This document shows positions 20,626-32,934 of a stretch of DNA of 39,142 nucleotides, piece by piece. The stretch is from Chiloscyllium plagiosum. Its lineage: Eukaryota. The DNA lies in the NCBI RefSeq assembly GCF_004010195.1, contig NC_057758.1, positions 9,646,162 through 9,685,303 on the forward strand, read 5' to 3'. The position numbers were made by a program, and so were the translations under genes. Position 1 is the first letter of the stretch; each line of letters starts with the position of its first letter. The notes beneath the pieces are model-generated. The model had not been told where the DNA came from. It ran no database searches and worked only from the letters and a program-made list of their open reading frames with translations.

Positions 20626-22619
20626 GGCTTGCGCAATAAGGCAGGGCAAGTGAGTGAGGTGTCAATGGGGAAACTCTATGGGGCCAGCGACTATTATTCT
20701 ATTAGTTCTAAAATAGTGGTGGAAAAGGATATACCAGATCTAACAGTTGAAATTCTAAGTTGGAGGAAGGCCATTTTGACGGTATTAAGGAAGAACTTTC
20801 AAAAATTGATTGGGGGCAGATGTTCGCAGGTAAAGGGATGACTAAAAATTGGAAGCCTTCAAAAATGACATAACAAGAGTCCAGAGACATTACATTCCTG
20901 TTAGGGTGAAAGGTAAGATTGAAAAGGATAGGGGATGGTGGATGATAAGAGAAATTGAGTTTTTGGTCAAGAAACTAAGGAAGCATGTGTCAGGTTTAGA
21001 GAGCAGCGATTGAGTGAATTCTTTAGAAAAGTATAAAGGCAGTAGGAGTATACTTAAGAGGGAAATCAGGAGGGCAAAAAGGGGACATGAGATAGTTTTG
21101 ACAAATAGAGTTAAGGAGAATCACAGGGATTTTATAAACACATTAAGGACAGAAGGGTAACTAGCGAGAGAATAGGGCCCCATAAAACTCAGCAAGGCGA
21201 CCTATGTGTGGCACTGCAGGAGTAATACGAGTATTTTGCATCAGTGTTTACTGTGGAGAAGGACTTGGACGATATAGAATGTGGGGAAATAGATGCTGAC
21301 ATCTTGAAAAATGTCCATATTTCAGAGGTGATACTGGATGTCTTGAAATACATTTAGGGTGGAGACATCCACAGGACTTGATAGGTGTATCCTGGAACTG
21401 TGGGAAGCTAGGGAAGTGATTGCTGTGCCCCTCGCTGATATTTGTGTCATCGATAGTCACAGGTGAGGTGCCAGAAAACTAGAGATTGACTAATGTGGTG
21501 CCACAATTTAAGAAAAGCCAGATGAGCCTGACATCAGTGGTGGAGAAAGTGAGGTCTGCAGATGCTGGAGATCAGAGCTGGAAAGTGGTGTGCAAGATGT
21601 TGGAGGGAATCCTGAGGGACAGGATTTACATGAATTTGGAAAGGCAAAGACAAATTAGGGATAGTCAGTATAGTTTTGTGTATGTGAAATCATGTCTCAC
21701 TGACTCGAATGAGTTTTTTTGAAGAATTTACAAAGAGGATTGTTGAGGGCAGAATGGTGGATGTGATCTATGTAGACTTAAGTAAGACATTCAACAAAGT
21801 TCCTTATGGTAGACTGGTTAGCAAGGTTAGATCCATGGATTACAGGGAGAACTAGCCATTTGGATACAGAACTGGCTCAGGGTAGAAGACAGAAGGTGGT
21901 GGCAAAAGTTTGCTTTTCTGACTGGAGGCCTGTGACTTGTGATGTGCCACAAAGATCTATGCAGGGTCTACCACTTTTTGTCATTGATTTGAATGATTTT
22001 AATGTGAAAGTAGGAGGTATGGTTAATAAGTTTGCAGGTGACACCAAAATTGGATGTGTAGTGGACAGTGAAGAAGGTTACCTCAGAGTGCAATGGGATC
22101 TGCATCAGATGAGCCAATGGGCCAATGAATGGCAGATGGAGTTTAATTTAGATAAATGTGAGGTGCTGCATTTTGGAAAGGCAAATCCGGGCAGGACTTA
22201 TACACTTAATGATAAGGCCCTGGGGAGTATTGCTGAACAAAGAGACCTTGGAGTGCAGATTCATAGTTCCTTGAAAGTGGAGTTGCAGGTACTTGGGATA
22301 GTGAAAAAGGCATTTAGTATGCTTTCCTTTATTGGTCAGAGCATTGTATAGGAGTTGAGAGGACATGTTGCCAGCGTACAGGACATTGTTCAGGCCACTT
22401 TTGGAATATTGTGTGCAATTCTGATCTCTCTCCCATCAGAAGGATATTGTGAAACTTGATTTAGGAAAGGTATCCAAGGATGTTGGCAGGGTTGGAGGGT
22501 TTGAGTTATGAGAAGAGACTGAACAGGCTGGGGCTGTTTTCCCTGGAGCCTCTGAGTCTAAGGGATGATCATATAGAGATTAATAAAACTGTGAGGGGCA
22601 TGGAATAGGGTAAATATCC
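20626..22619 (+). mobile_element. CR1/HER1 LINE ORF2 remnant
   Basis: WRPVTCDVPQ, NKFAGDTKIG, WQMEFNLDKCEVLHFGK; 41-bp Penelope 3' end inserted at 21543-21583 with TSD agtggtg. Confidence 0.9.
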
Positions 22620-22948
22620 ATGGGCGGCATGGTGGCTCAGTGGTTAGCACTGCTGCCTCTCAGCGCCAGGGATGGTTCGATTCCAGCCTCAGGTGACTGT
22701 CTGTGTGGAGTTTGCGCGTTCTCTCGTACCTGCGTGGGTTTCCTCTGGGTGCTCCAGTTTCCTCCCACAATCCAATGATATGCAGGCCAAGTGAATTGGC
22801 CATGCTAAATTGCCTGTAGTGTTAGGTATATTATTCACGGGTAAATATAAGGTAGGAGAATGGGTCTGGGTGGGTTGCTCTTTGGAGGGTCAGTGTGGAC
22901 TTGTTGGGTCGAAGGGCGTGTTTCCATACTGTAGGGTATCTAACCTAA
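22620..22948 (+). mobile_element. HE1-type SINE
   Basis: Homologous to 15649-15946. Confidence 0.88.
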
Positions 22949-22949
22949 C

Positions 22950-24770
22950 TATCAGAAATAGAGATAACTGGGAATAATAAGAATCAGGAAGTTCAGCTCA
23001 TTAATTTGAGCGTGTAAGAATTATTTGAGAAACTGAAGGGAGTAAAATCTGAAAAATTGCCAGGACCTGATGGCCTACACCCTTACAGGGATATAAGGGA
23101 TATAACTGCACAGATTGCAGATGTATTGGTTACAACATTCTGAAACTTATAATCCGGAATTGATTCAGCAGATTGAAAACCAGTGTTATATTGGTAAACA
23201 AAAGAAATTAAGGATGTTTAAAAACTGGGAACTGCAGTTCAGTTAGCTTGACTTTGGTCATCAGGACAATGATGGAATCTATTAAGGAAGTTTTAATGAT
23301 ACCATAATATGGACAAATTCCGCATGGTTTTACAAAAGGGACACCAATTCTGGCAAATGTATTATTGTGTTTAATGGATGTAGCTCTTCTCCACGCTAAT
23401 AGCAAACCATATCAGTGGTCGGGAAATTATTGGACAAGTTTCTGAAGGAGAGAGTTAATCTCTGCTTGAGAGGCAAGATCTGCTCAGGGATAGTCAGCCT
23501 GGCTTTATCAGAGGGAAGTGATGGCTCACAGGTTTAATAGAATTTTTCAAGGTGACTATGTATGTTGATGAGGGGAGTGCAAATTTGCAGTTTACATGGA
23601 TTTCATTAAAGCCTTTGACAGGGTCCCATTTGGGAGTCTGATAAAGAAGGTAAAGGCGTATGGGATCAAGGGTAACTTGTTAGGGTAAATCCAAAATTGG
23701 CTTTGAGGTAGCAAACAGAGGCTAGTAGTAGCAGTCTGATTGTGTGACAAGTGGCCAGTGTCCATGGAGTACCACAGGGATCAGTGTTGTGTCCCTTATT
23801 CATGATAGTCATAAATGATGCACATGAAAATGTGGGAGGGGCGGGGTCAGGTGTGCTGATGAGTAAGTTTGTCGATGACACAAAGACTGGCCAGGTAGTT
23901 AACAGTAAAAAGCAAAGTGTCAGGTTTCAGGAGGATACAAACAGATTGGTAGATGAGATGAAACCGTGATATATGTGAGGTGATGCTCTTCCATCAAAGT
24001 AACAAGATAAGGGAGCAGGATACTAAGAAACTCTGAGGAAATTAGGGTTCTTGAGGTGCTTGTTCACAGATCCCTGAAGGTGGCAGGATGGGTTAACAGT
24101 GTAGTTAGGAAGGCATACTGGGACACTTGCCTTTATCAGTTATGGCACAGATTGTGAAAGCAGGAGATTATGTTGGAATGATACAAAACGCTGGCAGGAA
24201 TACTGTGTGCCGTTTTGATCACCTGACTATAGAAAAGGGGTGTTTGCGGAGGAGATTCACCAGGATGTTGCTTGAAACATTTCACTGTGAAAAGAAGCTC
24301 GTGTTGTTTTCTTTCGAGCAGAGAAAGCTGAGAGGGGACCTGCTTTGAGATGTATCAAATTATATGGGGCAATAGAAGAGTGGAGAGAAAGCAGCTGTTC
24401 CCCTTAGTCTAAGAGGCAGGAATGGAGGGAGTGGGTGGGGTCGGAGCATTGGGAGGGGGGAGGGGTGGTGGTGGTGGTGGTGGTAGTCAGTGACATCATA
24501 GTTTCAAAGAGAAGGGCACCAGGTTTATTGGGGATTTGAGGAAAAGATATTTCATCTTAAAGTTATAGGGTGGTGGGAATTTGAGGATACGCTACCTGGA
24601 GGATGGTTGAGGCAAGAAACTTTACAACACTTTTTGAAAAATACATAGATGAGCACTTGAAATGTCATACTAATCATGGCTATGAGCCCACTGCTGGAAA
24701 GTGGGATTGTGGTAAATTTAGGGCAGTTTTGTTGGTGAAAACCAAAGGGCACCTTCTGTATTGTATGATT
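22950..24770 (+). mobile_element. Older CR1 LINE ORF2 fragments
   Basis: GVPQGSVLCP, SKFVDDTK, RRFTRML motifs; heavily decayed, probably two fragments. Confidence 0.8.
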
Positions 24771-25027
24771 CTGGGGATTGGGCCGTGGAGATCAGTGGGA
24801 CTCCAAGGATTTCACTGGGCAACTGTCTGTGTCACTGCTGATGTGGAGAGTTGATAAAAAATACTCTGGAACTCAAGATTCTGCAACTCACAGCTGTCAG
24901 TATTACTCGTGGGAACAATGGACTGATATATTTAACAAGCAAACATTCTGAAGTTATTTATTCATCTAATCCTCCAATTAATATATTTATTGCAGAGCAT
25001 CAAAATCTGGGAGTGTCTTTCAACAAT

Positions 25028-25091
25028 ATGGCTGAAGGTCCAAACAGGGAAGAAGATCCAGTGTCCTCGACTGAAGTTGACATAGACACAG
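25028..25091 (+). CDS. Candidate first coding exon of a host gene, possibly a chondrichthyan NLR (NACHT-LRR) family member
   Basis: Acceptor tttattgcag at 24995, ATG at 25028, MAEGPNREEDPVSSTEVDIDT, donor CAG|GTTGGT; resembles recalled N-termini of shark NLR proteins. Confidence 0.35.
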
Positions 25092-25136
25092 GTTGGTTCA
25101 CAATGTTACTTTGGAAAAAATCTCTGTCTGACAAAG

Positions 25137-25224
25137 TTAAAAATCACACAACACCAGGTTATAGTCCAACAGGTTTAATTGGAAGCACACTAGCTTTCGG
25201 AGCGACGCTCCTTCATCAGGTGGT
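25137..25224 (-). mobile_element. Penelope-like terminal fragment with a minimal hammerhead ribozyme
   Basis: 12-bp TSD tgtctgacaaag at 25125-25136 and 25225-25236; CAC CTGATGA A GGAGC gtc GCTCC GAAAGCTA GTG. Confidence 0.75.
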
Positions 25225-26065
25225 TGTCTGACAAAGGCCTTGAGAAAGAGCCTGCAGCTCAAAATTAAAAGAGCAGGACATCGGCTATGGGGAAAAGTTG
25301 AAACGAGTGACCATTTTGGGGGGCATTACAGTCACATGTAGAGGGAACTCCTGTGTGCTGCTACTGTCCAGTAGAGGCTGACCTTTGATCTTTGTGATGG
25401 ATAAAGACTGTGACCCAGAGCAGGGCATTCGACAGAACAGTGCGCTACCAGGAAGTTGAAGATGACTGTCAGAGTCCTCTTCATTATTTTTATTCCTTTT
25501 ATCAATATCAATTTGTGAGCTGCAAACCATGAGTGAAAGATAACTTTTAGACTGTGTTAATGGCTTGTATTAAAAGGAAAACAAGGTTTTCTGTCAGGCT
25601 TGGAAGTTAATTGCAAGTTGTTTCCTGATCAAAGGGTTCTGCAGATGTTTCATCATTATATTATATTTAAACAGATGGCAGAAGTTGCTAGTAATGAGGT
25701 CTGTATCTGGGAATTGTATCCAGCAAGTCTGGGAAAAAAACCTTGTGCAGATGTTGCATGGTAACTCCTCAGTCAGTTCAGGAATGATCAGAGTTTTAAT
25801 TGGGTTCTGTCCGCACTGTTCATTTTTTTTAAAAATGAATTTGACTGTTGATGCTACGGCATGAAGATTTGAAAGTTCCCCACCTAACTCACCATGAAGA
25901 GCTTTTGGTAGCTCAGAGAATTTTAAAAAACACTAAGTTATAAGGAATTCTTCCTTTATCTGTGTGAACTGCAAAGACGACCCAGGGCAAAATCTTCACA
26001 GCATAGTCCATAAAATCATCATTCACATTGTGAAAAACACTTAAATAATTTGGCTAGTTTTGTTC

Positions 26066-26217
26066 ATAGAATCCCTACAGTGTGGAAACAGGCCATTCAA
26101 CCTAACAAGTCCACACCGACTCTCCGAAGAGCTTCCCACCCCAGATTCACACCCTACCCTAGCCTTCTAACTCTGCATTTCCCATGGCTGGTCCACCTAA
26201 CCTACACATCTTTGGAT
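26066..26217 (-). mobile_element. Partial HE1-type SINE (3' half)
   Basis: Similar to 5560-5690. Confidence 0.7.
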
Positions 26218-26871
26218 TTGTTGTTTGATTCCCTTTACTGTATTTGATGTTTTGTATTGAATGTGCTTAAAAATAAAGATTTTAAGTTTCTAGCCTAGAT
26301 CAATTATATTTCTGTGTTTAATTTTGCTGTTTTAAAGTTGTAATGTTGTTAGTAAATTGCTAAGTCTTTTGTTTAAGCTTAAAAATTGATTGTCAAGAAG
26401 TGATTTGCAGAGTTTGGGATTGATCATTCAAAAAGTCTATTTTGGAACCATTGGAGTCAATTTTGAGGGTCTTTTGAAGGTTTCAAAATTTACTGTGTTG
26501 CAAATAGAGGTGGAAGGACTGTTTTAGTTTGGTTGTCTGTCTCCATGTTGTAATGCTACCCACAGTGGAGCAGAGGTGAGAAGCACGTTGAACCCAGAAA
26601 TAGAATCTCCTAAACAATTACCTTCCTATCATTAGGGGAATAGATAAACTCAACTAAATACCAAGCAGATCCTGAATGGTAAATGACCTCCCTGACTGTA
26701 GAGGGAAGAGCTTTCTGGAACAATGGGACCATCTGGAGGAAAGAAAGGACAACTGGAAATATCCATGTTTGGGACTAATGTGAAGAACATGAAAAGACGA
26801 TCTAGATGAGGCCACTTGGCCCTTGAAGCCTACTCATCATTTAACCACATCATGCACCTCAACTACACATT

Positions 26872-27686
26872 GTCATAGAGCTGTACAAAATGGAAACAGG
26901 CACATCAGTCGACTTTTTCATGCTGACCAGATATTTTAAATTAATCTAGAGCCACCTGCCAGCATTTGGCCCTCATCCTTCTAAATGCAGATGTCTTTTA
27001 AATGTTGTAATTTTAGCAGCCTCCACCACTCACTTGGGCAGCTCATTCCATAATGCATCCCCCTTTGTTGGAAAAAAAATGTTGCCTTTAGGTCCCTTTT
27101 AAATCTGTGCCCTCCCACCTTAAACCAATGTCCTGTAGCTCCCAGCCCCAGGGAAAGGACCTTGGCTATTCACCCTATCCATGCCCCTCATGATTTCATT
27201 AACCTCAACAAGATTACCCTTCAGCCTCTAACATGCCAGGGAAAATAGCCTCTCCCTATATCTCGAACCCTGGCAATGTCTTTGTAAATATTTTCTGAAC
27301 CCTTTCGGTTTCATAACATCCTTTCTGCAGCAGGGAGACCACAATTGCATGCAGTATTCCAAAAGTGGCCTCTACAGCTATGACATGTTTTCTGAACTCC
27401 TGTACTCAATGCACTGACCAGTAAAAGCAAGAATACCAAACACAACCTTCGCTGTCCTGTTCATCTGCAACCCCATTTTCAAGGAACTATGAATGTGCAC
27501 TCAAATGTCTCTTTGTTCAGCAACACTCCCCAGAACCTTACCATTCAGTATATAAGTCCTGCCCTGATTTGCCTTTCCAAAATGCAGCACCTCACATTTA
27601 TCTATATTAAACTCCATCTGCCACTTCTTGGCCTGCTGACCAATCTGATCAAGGTCCTATTGAACTCTGAGGTAACCTTTGCTGTC
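26872..27686 (-). mobile_element. CR1 LINE 3' part
   Basis: Reverse complement of CR1 ORF2 end and 3' UTR seen elsewhere in the window (e.g. 22075-22619). Confidence 0.85.
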
Positions 27687-28345
27687 CATTAGAGAAATGA
27701 TTAGAATGCAGGAGAGACATATTTCTGTGAAAATAAGAGATAGAATTGAAAGGTTAGGGAACCATGGTGAAATTGAGAGACGAGCTAAGAGGAAAACGAA
27801 AGCATACATAAAGTCTAGGCAGCTGAAGACAGACAAATATTTGGAAGAATATTGGGAATGTGGGACCAATCTAAAACAAGGAATTAAGAGGGCTAAAAGA
27901 GGTCATGAAATATCTTTAGCAAATAGGAATATCCCAAAGCCTTTTATTCCAATATAAGGATCAAGGGGGGATCAAGAGAAATTGTTGGCCCACTCAAGGA
28001 CAAAGGAGGGAAGTTATGCGTGGAGTCAGAAAAAATGGGTAAGATTCATAACGAGCACTTTGTATTGGTATTCACTGAGGAGAAGGACATGACGGATGTT
28101 GAAATTAGGGATAGATGTTTGAATACTCTAGGTCCTGGCAGGTGGGCCTAGTTTGGGTTGGGATATCTGGTCGGCGTGGACAAGTTGGACTGAAAGGTCT
28201 GATTCCATACTGTACATCTCTATGACTCTAGGTATATGAATAGGAAAGTTTTAGAACGCAGCCAAATGGAACTAGTTTAATTTGCAAAACTTGGTCAGCA
28301 TGGACAAGTGGACTGAAGTGTCTGTTTCCTTGCTGTATGACCTCA
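27687..28345 (+). mobile_element. CR1 ORF2 fragment followed by two CR1 3' ends
   Basis: IKRAKRGHEISLA motif; ctgtacatctctatgactct tail. Confidence 0.8.
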
Positions 28346-29931
28346 ATGATATAACTGACCACTGAGACAGAGTCCCCATGTTCTCCATTTCCCAGCCAGC
28401 CAAGCTTTTTTCTCAGTACAGGGTATTTATGCTATCAAGCCTCTTTGGAATTTTGTGTTTCTGAGAGATCCCTTCTTGTCCTTCTATATGCCAGGGAATG
28501 TAGGCTGTGTTGACAGAGACTTTCCTGACAGGAGAGTACCAGAAAGATGGGGTTTGCCTCCTTGTAATAGTTGTAATGTGTATTCAGGGATTACAGGCAC
28601 ATGTTGCGAAGGTAGTACTGTTATCATGAGAGATTTATTTTTGCCTTATAGATGGTGTGCAAAATAAATTGCATGTATAATGTGACGGATAGTTTTATGC
28701 AATGCCAACAAGGTGGTTTTCTAAATCAGTATTTTGAGGGACAACCTTGGAAATAGAGTATTTTGAATCTGGTATTATGCAATAAAAAGGCAAATAATTA
28801 CCCTATAGTAATGTGACCTGTAGGAGAGACTCATGATGTGATGGTATTTTGTACTGAGTTTGACATTGAAATTGGATATTGTGAAACAAAGCTTAAGGAC
28901 TTGACAGTTCATAACTCTTTAGTGTTATTTAATTTAAATCTAATATTTAATCTGATTAATGGATTATACACTGATTATAATTGCAGTAAATGCTGGCCTC
29001 GCCAGCAATGTTCCTCATCCCATGAATAAGAAAAAAAATAATGATATCATGAAGTATGAACTTGCTATTATTCAATCAGTTTCACATCCCCTATTATTGA
29101 TGAATTTAGATTAACTTTAAAACATGCCAGCAACCACTAATCATCTTCTTGTATTTCCCACAATTGCTTATAACTGCAGGTATCCTACACTGCTGTCTCT
29201 CAGGCTCACTCTCACTTAGAGTCTTGTCTGAGGGGACTGCTTTGAAGCACCTTGGGAAGTTTTACTATGTCAAAGTATGTGGAAATATAAGTTTATGAGT
29301 GAAGGAAAATGCTCGGAGACACAGTTGCTTTACCTTCCTTTATTCCAGGTCCTGGAGAGAGAGAACAATCGCTCATGTGCACAGGGGCATGAATTCATGG
29401 TCTTCTCTTAAACAGCAGCTTCTCAATGAATTATATAGTCATTTTATAGGGAGGAGCATCCAGATAAGGCAACAATACATATTTATAGGGTGACTGTTAC
29501 AATCAACGAGTATCGTTAGCAGAGGCCAAGCCCTTTATTGTTATACAATGGGTGTTCTTAACTTTGTTAACTGGACTCATACAATGAATACTTTTCCCCT
29601 TGTTATCTGCGAATGGAATTCTGAAGGACAAACTTACTAAACTCACTCTAGAAACAGGACTGAATCGGCTAAAGGCCCTGCCCCTCGTCCTGTACGTCAG
29701 GAGGCCGAGAAAAGTCAGAGATGTCTAAGGACTGCCATTGAGGTAGTCTGTGTATCCAAAGGGCACAATGGTCAGTAATACTAGAAATACTAATTCCCCC
29801 ATCTGCACAAGTACCTGATCGAGACATTCTCTGGCATTTGAATCTATCAGCAAGGTTGAGGCTGAGAGACGGAGTAACCACAAACTGAATAAGGGAACTC
29901 TGTTGCCCAAAACGAACTGTGAGTTTAGAGG

Positions 29932-31915
29932 TCAAGGGGAATTCCTGGTTGTGGGTGGAGAAAGGAGCACGGCGGTCAGGGTTCTGCCTGGGCCTGTTGT
30001 TGTCGGGAGGGGAAGGGGTCCGATGGGCCTGACAAACGACTGTCTATGTGGACAGTCACGCCTCCAGTGGCCAAAGGAACCGCAAGTGAAACAATTTCTC
30101 TGGGGGACGCATTGAGGTCCCTGGCCCTGATCTTGAAAATCCTGTATGTCCGGGCCAGGGCGAGGAGGGATACCTGGTGTATAGGGTGGTATCACAAGAC
30201 TATTAGGGTATGTGGCATAGCCGTGGCTGTATGGATTAGCCCACCCTAGAACACAGGGCAGTGGTTCCATTTGATAGCCTGTGGTGTCATGTCATGGGGC
30301 CATATCGCAGACAGGTCTCTGAACCGTTTTGTGCTTAACAGATTCAGGTAAGGCGGACTTATTCAAACTCCAGAAGTGGGTTACCAGTAATTTCATCTGG
30401 GACTTACTTTTTTCTGACCAATCTAGGGCATGAGTACTGATGGATTTACCTATTTCGTCAGGGAGACACTGCATTAAGAGTGCATTGAACTGGGTGGAGA
30501 TGTTACAGCATTAAAGGAGATATCGCCAGCGTAGGTGGCATAAGTGGAACCAAACCTGTTGTAAAAGTCCGGATCGTCTTCATCTTTCTTAGCTTTACAA
30601 TTTAGAATTTTAGTAAAATCAATGGGTTTTTGAAGGGTGCGGCGCAGGGCATTTCATATTGCATCTGTCTGATCATTTTCTCTTGGGATAGCAGCAACGA
30701 AAGCCTCCCCAAGTCGCATGGTTGCCCAAAGACTCTTGTCATTTTTCATACTTGCCAGAGGCGAGCATCATGCAACAGAGACTAAAAAGGTCCTGGGATG
30801 TAGCTTTGTAGATTCTAATAGTACACATGAGATGTTCAATGAAATCCTTGGGTTGGGTCTTCTTTTTCTGGGGCGCCATTCATAATCATCCACGTTTCTT
30901 GTGGTTTCCATAGAGTATAGATGGGAATTGTGGGCCTTTGAGCAATGGCGTTGGGATCCGGATTGGGTACTTGGCACAGCAGAAACTGTCGGTGCGGTAG
31001 TTCAGCTTCTGGGCAGTGGAACCTGCTATCAGGGTGATTAGTCACAGCATTAGTACTCATGGGGAAGTCAGCATCAGAGTCAGATTCAGGCGCACTACTC
31101 AGGGAATCAAGATCTGGGCACCCAGTCAAATAATGTTTTGTCAAGGTTTCCAGGAACTGCTCTGGCTTCCATGGTTGGTGTTAGGAACAGGCTTCAATTT
31201 TAATTTACTGCGATTAGAATGACTGAGAGTCCAGCAACAGACGGGATCAGTGTATGTGACTGGGGTAATAGTATGACTAGGTTGAGCCTCACAGGCTGGG
31301 AGGGGAGAGTTCAGGGAAAAGTTGGGCGAGCTGTGGTAGAGCTTTGGGGGTGTCTAGGACTGATTGCAGGGTGGAGGTGATTCAGGTTAGGGGTGAAGGT
31401 TTGTCCTTGGTGCTATAGGGGGGTTACAGGGCAAACAATTTTCATCAGAATCTCCCCACTATCGAATAAAGCCTGGAGTTCAGATATGTCCAGTGGCGCC
31501 TGAGAGACATCCTTGTCACTTTAGTCTTTAGATTTAAGATTGTACGTTTAAAATAATGCCTTCAAAACCTCCCAATAACTGCTTTTCCATTTATCATCAG
31601 TAGTAAGAATATTTTCACATTTAGCAGTCTGTTGCCAAGCAATTTGGTGGGATTTTTCGTTTATTTGGGTGGCCACCATTCTCCAATTAGTAATAAAACA
31701 TTTCCAGTTTTGTGAAATATTAGACTTGCACACCTCAGCGTCTGCTTTTGAACATTTATGTAGATCTCAAGTGCCCCGCAATGGTTATTGTTCATTTCCC
31801 AACAATTTGTTTAGTCGGGTGCTCAATCTACGATAATTAACTCATCATGCAGATTATCACGACAGATTTATCCTATCTGAGACGAAAGACCCAGGTTATC
31901 AAGTGTCTGTCCCAT
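29932..31915 (-). pseudogene. gag: ERV-B gag remnant
   Basis: ATG at 31915 gives MGQTLD; matrix-like PLRGT*D; MHR-like IDFTKILNCKAKKDEDDPDFYNRF; zinc knuckle CFTCGSFGHWRRDC. Confidence 0.85.
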
Positions 31916-32371
31916 TTGCCTAAAGGTACTTTAACTGTTTCAGATTTAACAATGTTACCCACAAATCAAATTCCACTTAAACACAGAAAACCCGAATCCC
32001 ACTTATACACAGAAAGCTCAAGCCTCAAACACGGATATCTCAAACCCCACCACAGCGCACAGGACTCGAACCTCAACCAAACCTACCCCAGGGGACTTGA
32101 ACCTCAATGCCACACAGAAGACTCAAACCTCGATCACACCCTCCTCCCCGCAATGCAGCACAGAGGACTTGAACCCCTGCCTGCCAGCGCGCTTGTGAAA
32201 CTGTGTCTCTCGACTGAACTAATTACCGTTCGACGAATCCATAGGATAGAGAGCAATTGAACGAGGGGACAGTCTCCGGCACACAAGAATATCGAGAGGG
32301 ACCAGGTTTAAAATCTTACCTTGTGGGCCTGTCCGTTTCGAGACACCTTCCGATCCTAGCTTTCCGTTTGG

Positions 32372-32389
32372 ATTCTGCCAACTATGGCA
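32372..32389 (-). promoter_or_regulatory. Degenerate tRNA-Ser PBS of ERV-B
   Basis: attctgccaactatggca versus atcctgccgactacgcca at 20307; same 4-nt spacer to the LTR. Confidence 0.75.
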
Positions 32390-32715
32390 ATATTATCGTC
32401 CCGTTTCCCCCTTCAGTCGAAGCAAAACACTGGGAGACACAGTTGTTTTACCTTCTTTTATTCCAGGACTTGGAGAGAAAGCTAGTGATCGCCATGTGCA
32501 CAGGGACATGAGTTCACGGTCTTTGCTCAAACATGAATTAGATAGTCATTTTATAGGGAGGAGCATCCAGATAAGGCAACATACATATTGATAGGGTGAC
32601 TGTTACAATCAGCGAGTATTGATAGCAGAGGCCAAGCCCTTTACTCTTCTACAATGGGTGTTCTTAACTTTGTTAACTGGATTCATACAATGGATACTTT
32701 ACCCCTTATTAGCTG

Positions 32716-32934
32716 GAAATGTGTTGCTGGAGAAGCGCAGCAGGTCAGGCAGCATCTAGGGAACAGGAGAATCGACGTTTCGGGCATTAGCCCTTCTTCA
32801 GGAAAGGCTTCCTGAAGAAGGGCTAATGCCCGAAACATCGATTCTCCTGTTCCCTAGATGCTGTCTGACCTGCTGCGCTTCTCCAGCAACACATTTCCAT
32901 CTCTGATCTCCAGCATCTGCAGACCTCATTTTCT
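32716..32934 (+). mobile_element. Palindromic Penelope-like terminal repeat insertion in the ERV-B 5' LTR
   Basis: Inverted arms of about 90 bp centred near 32806; 14-bp TSD ccccttattagctg at 32702-32715 and 32935-32948; hammerhead core in each arm. Confidence 0.8.

Noticed and set aside
25540..26555. Possible decayed Gypsy-type LTR with AATAAA near 26271
   Set aside because: Termini and TSD could not be defined
28350..29290. Unique sequence with a Cys-containing 70-aa ORF
   Set aside because: No domain pattern; length expected by chance
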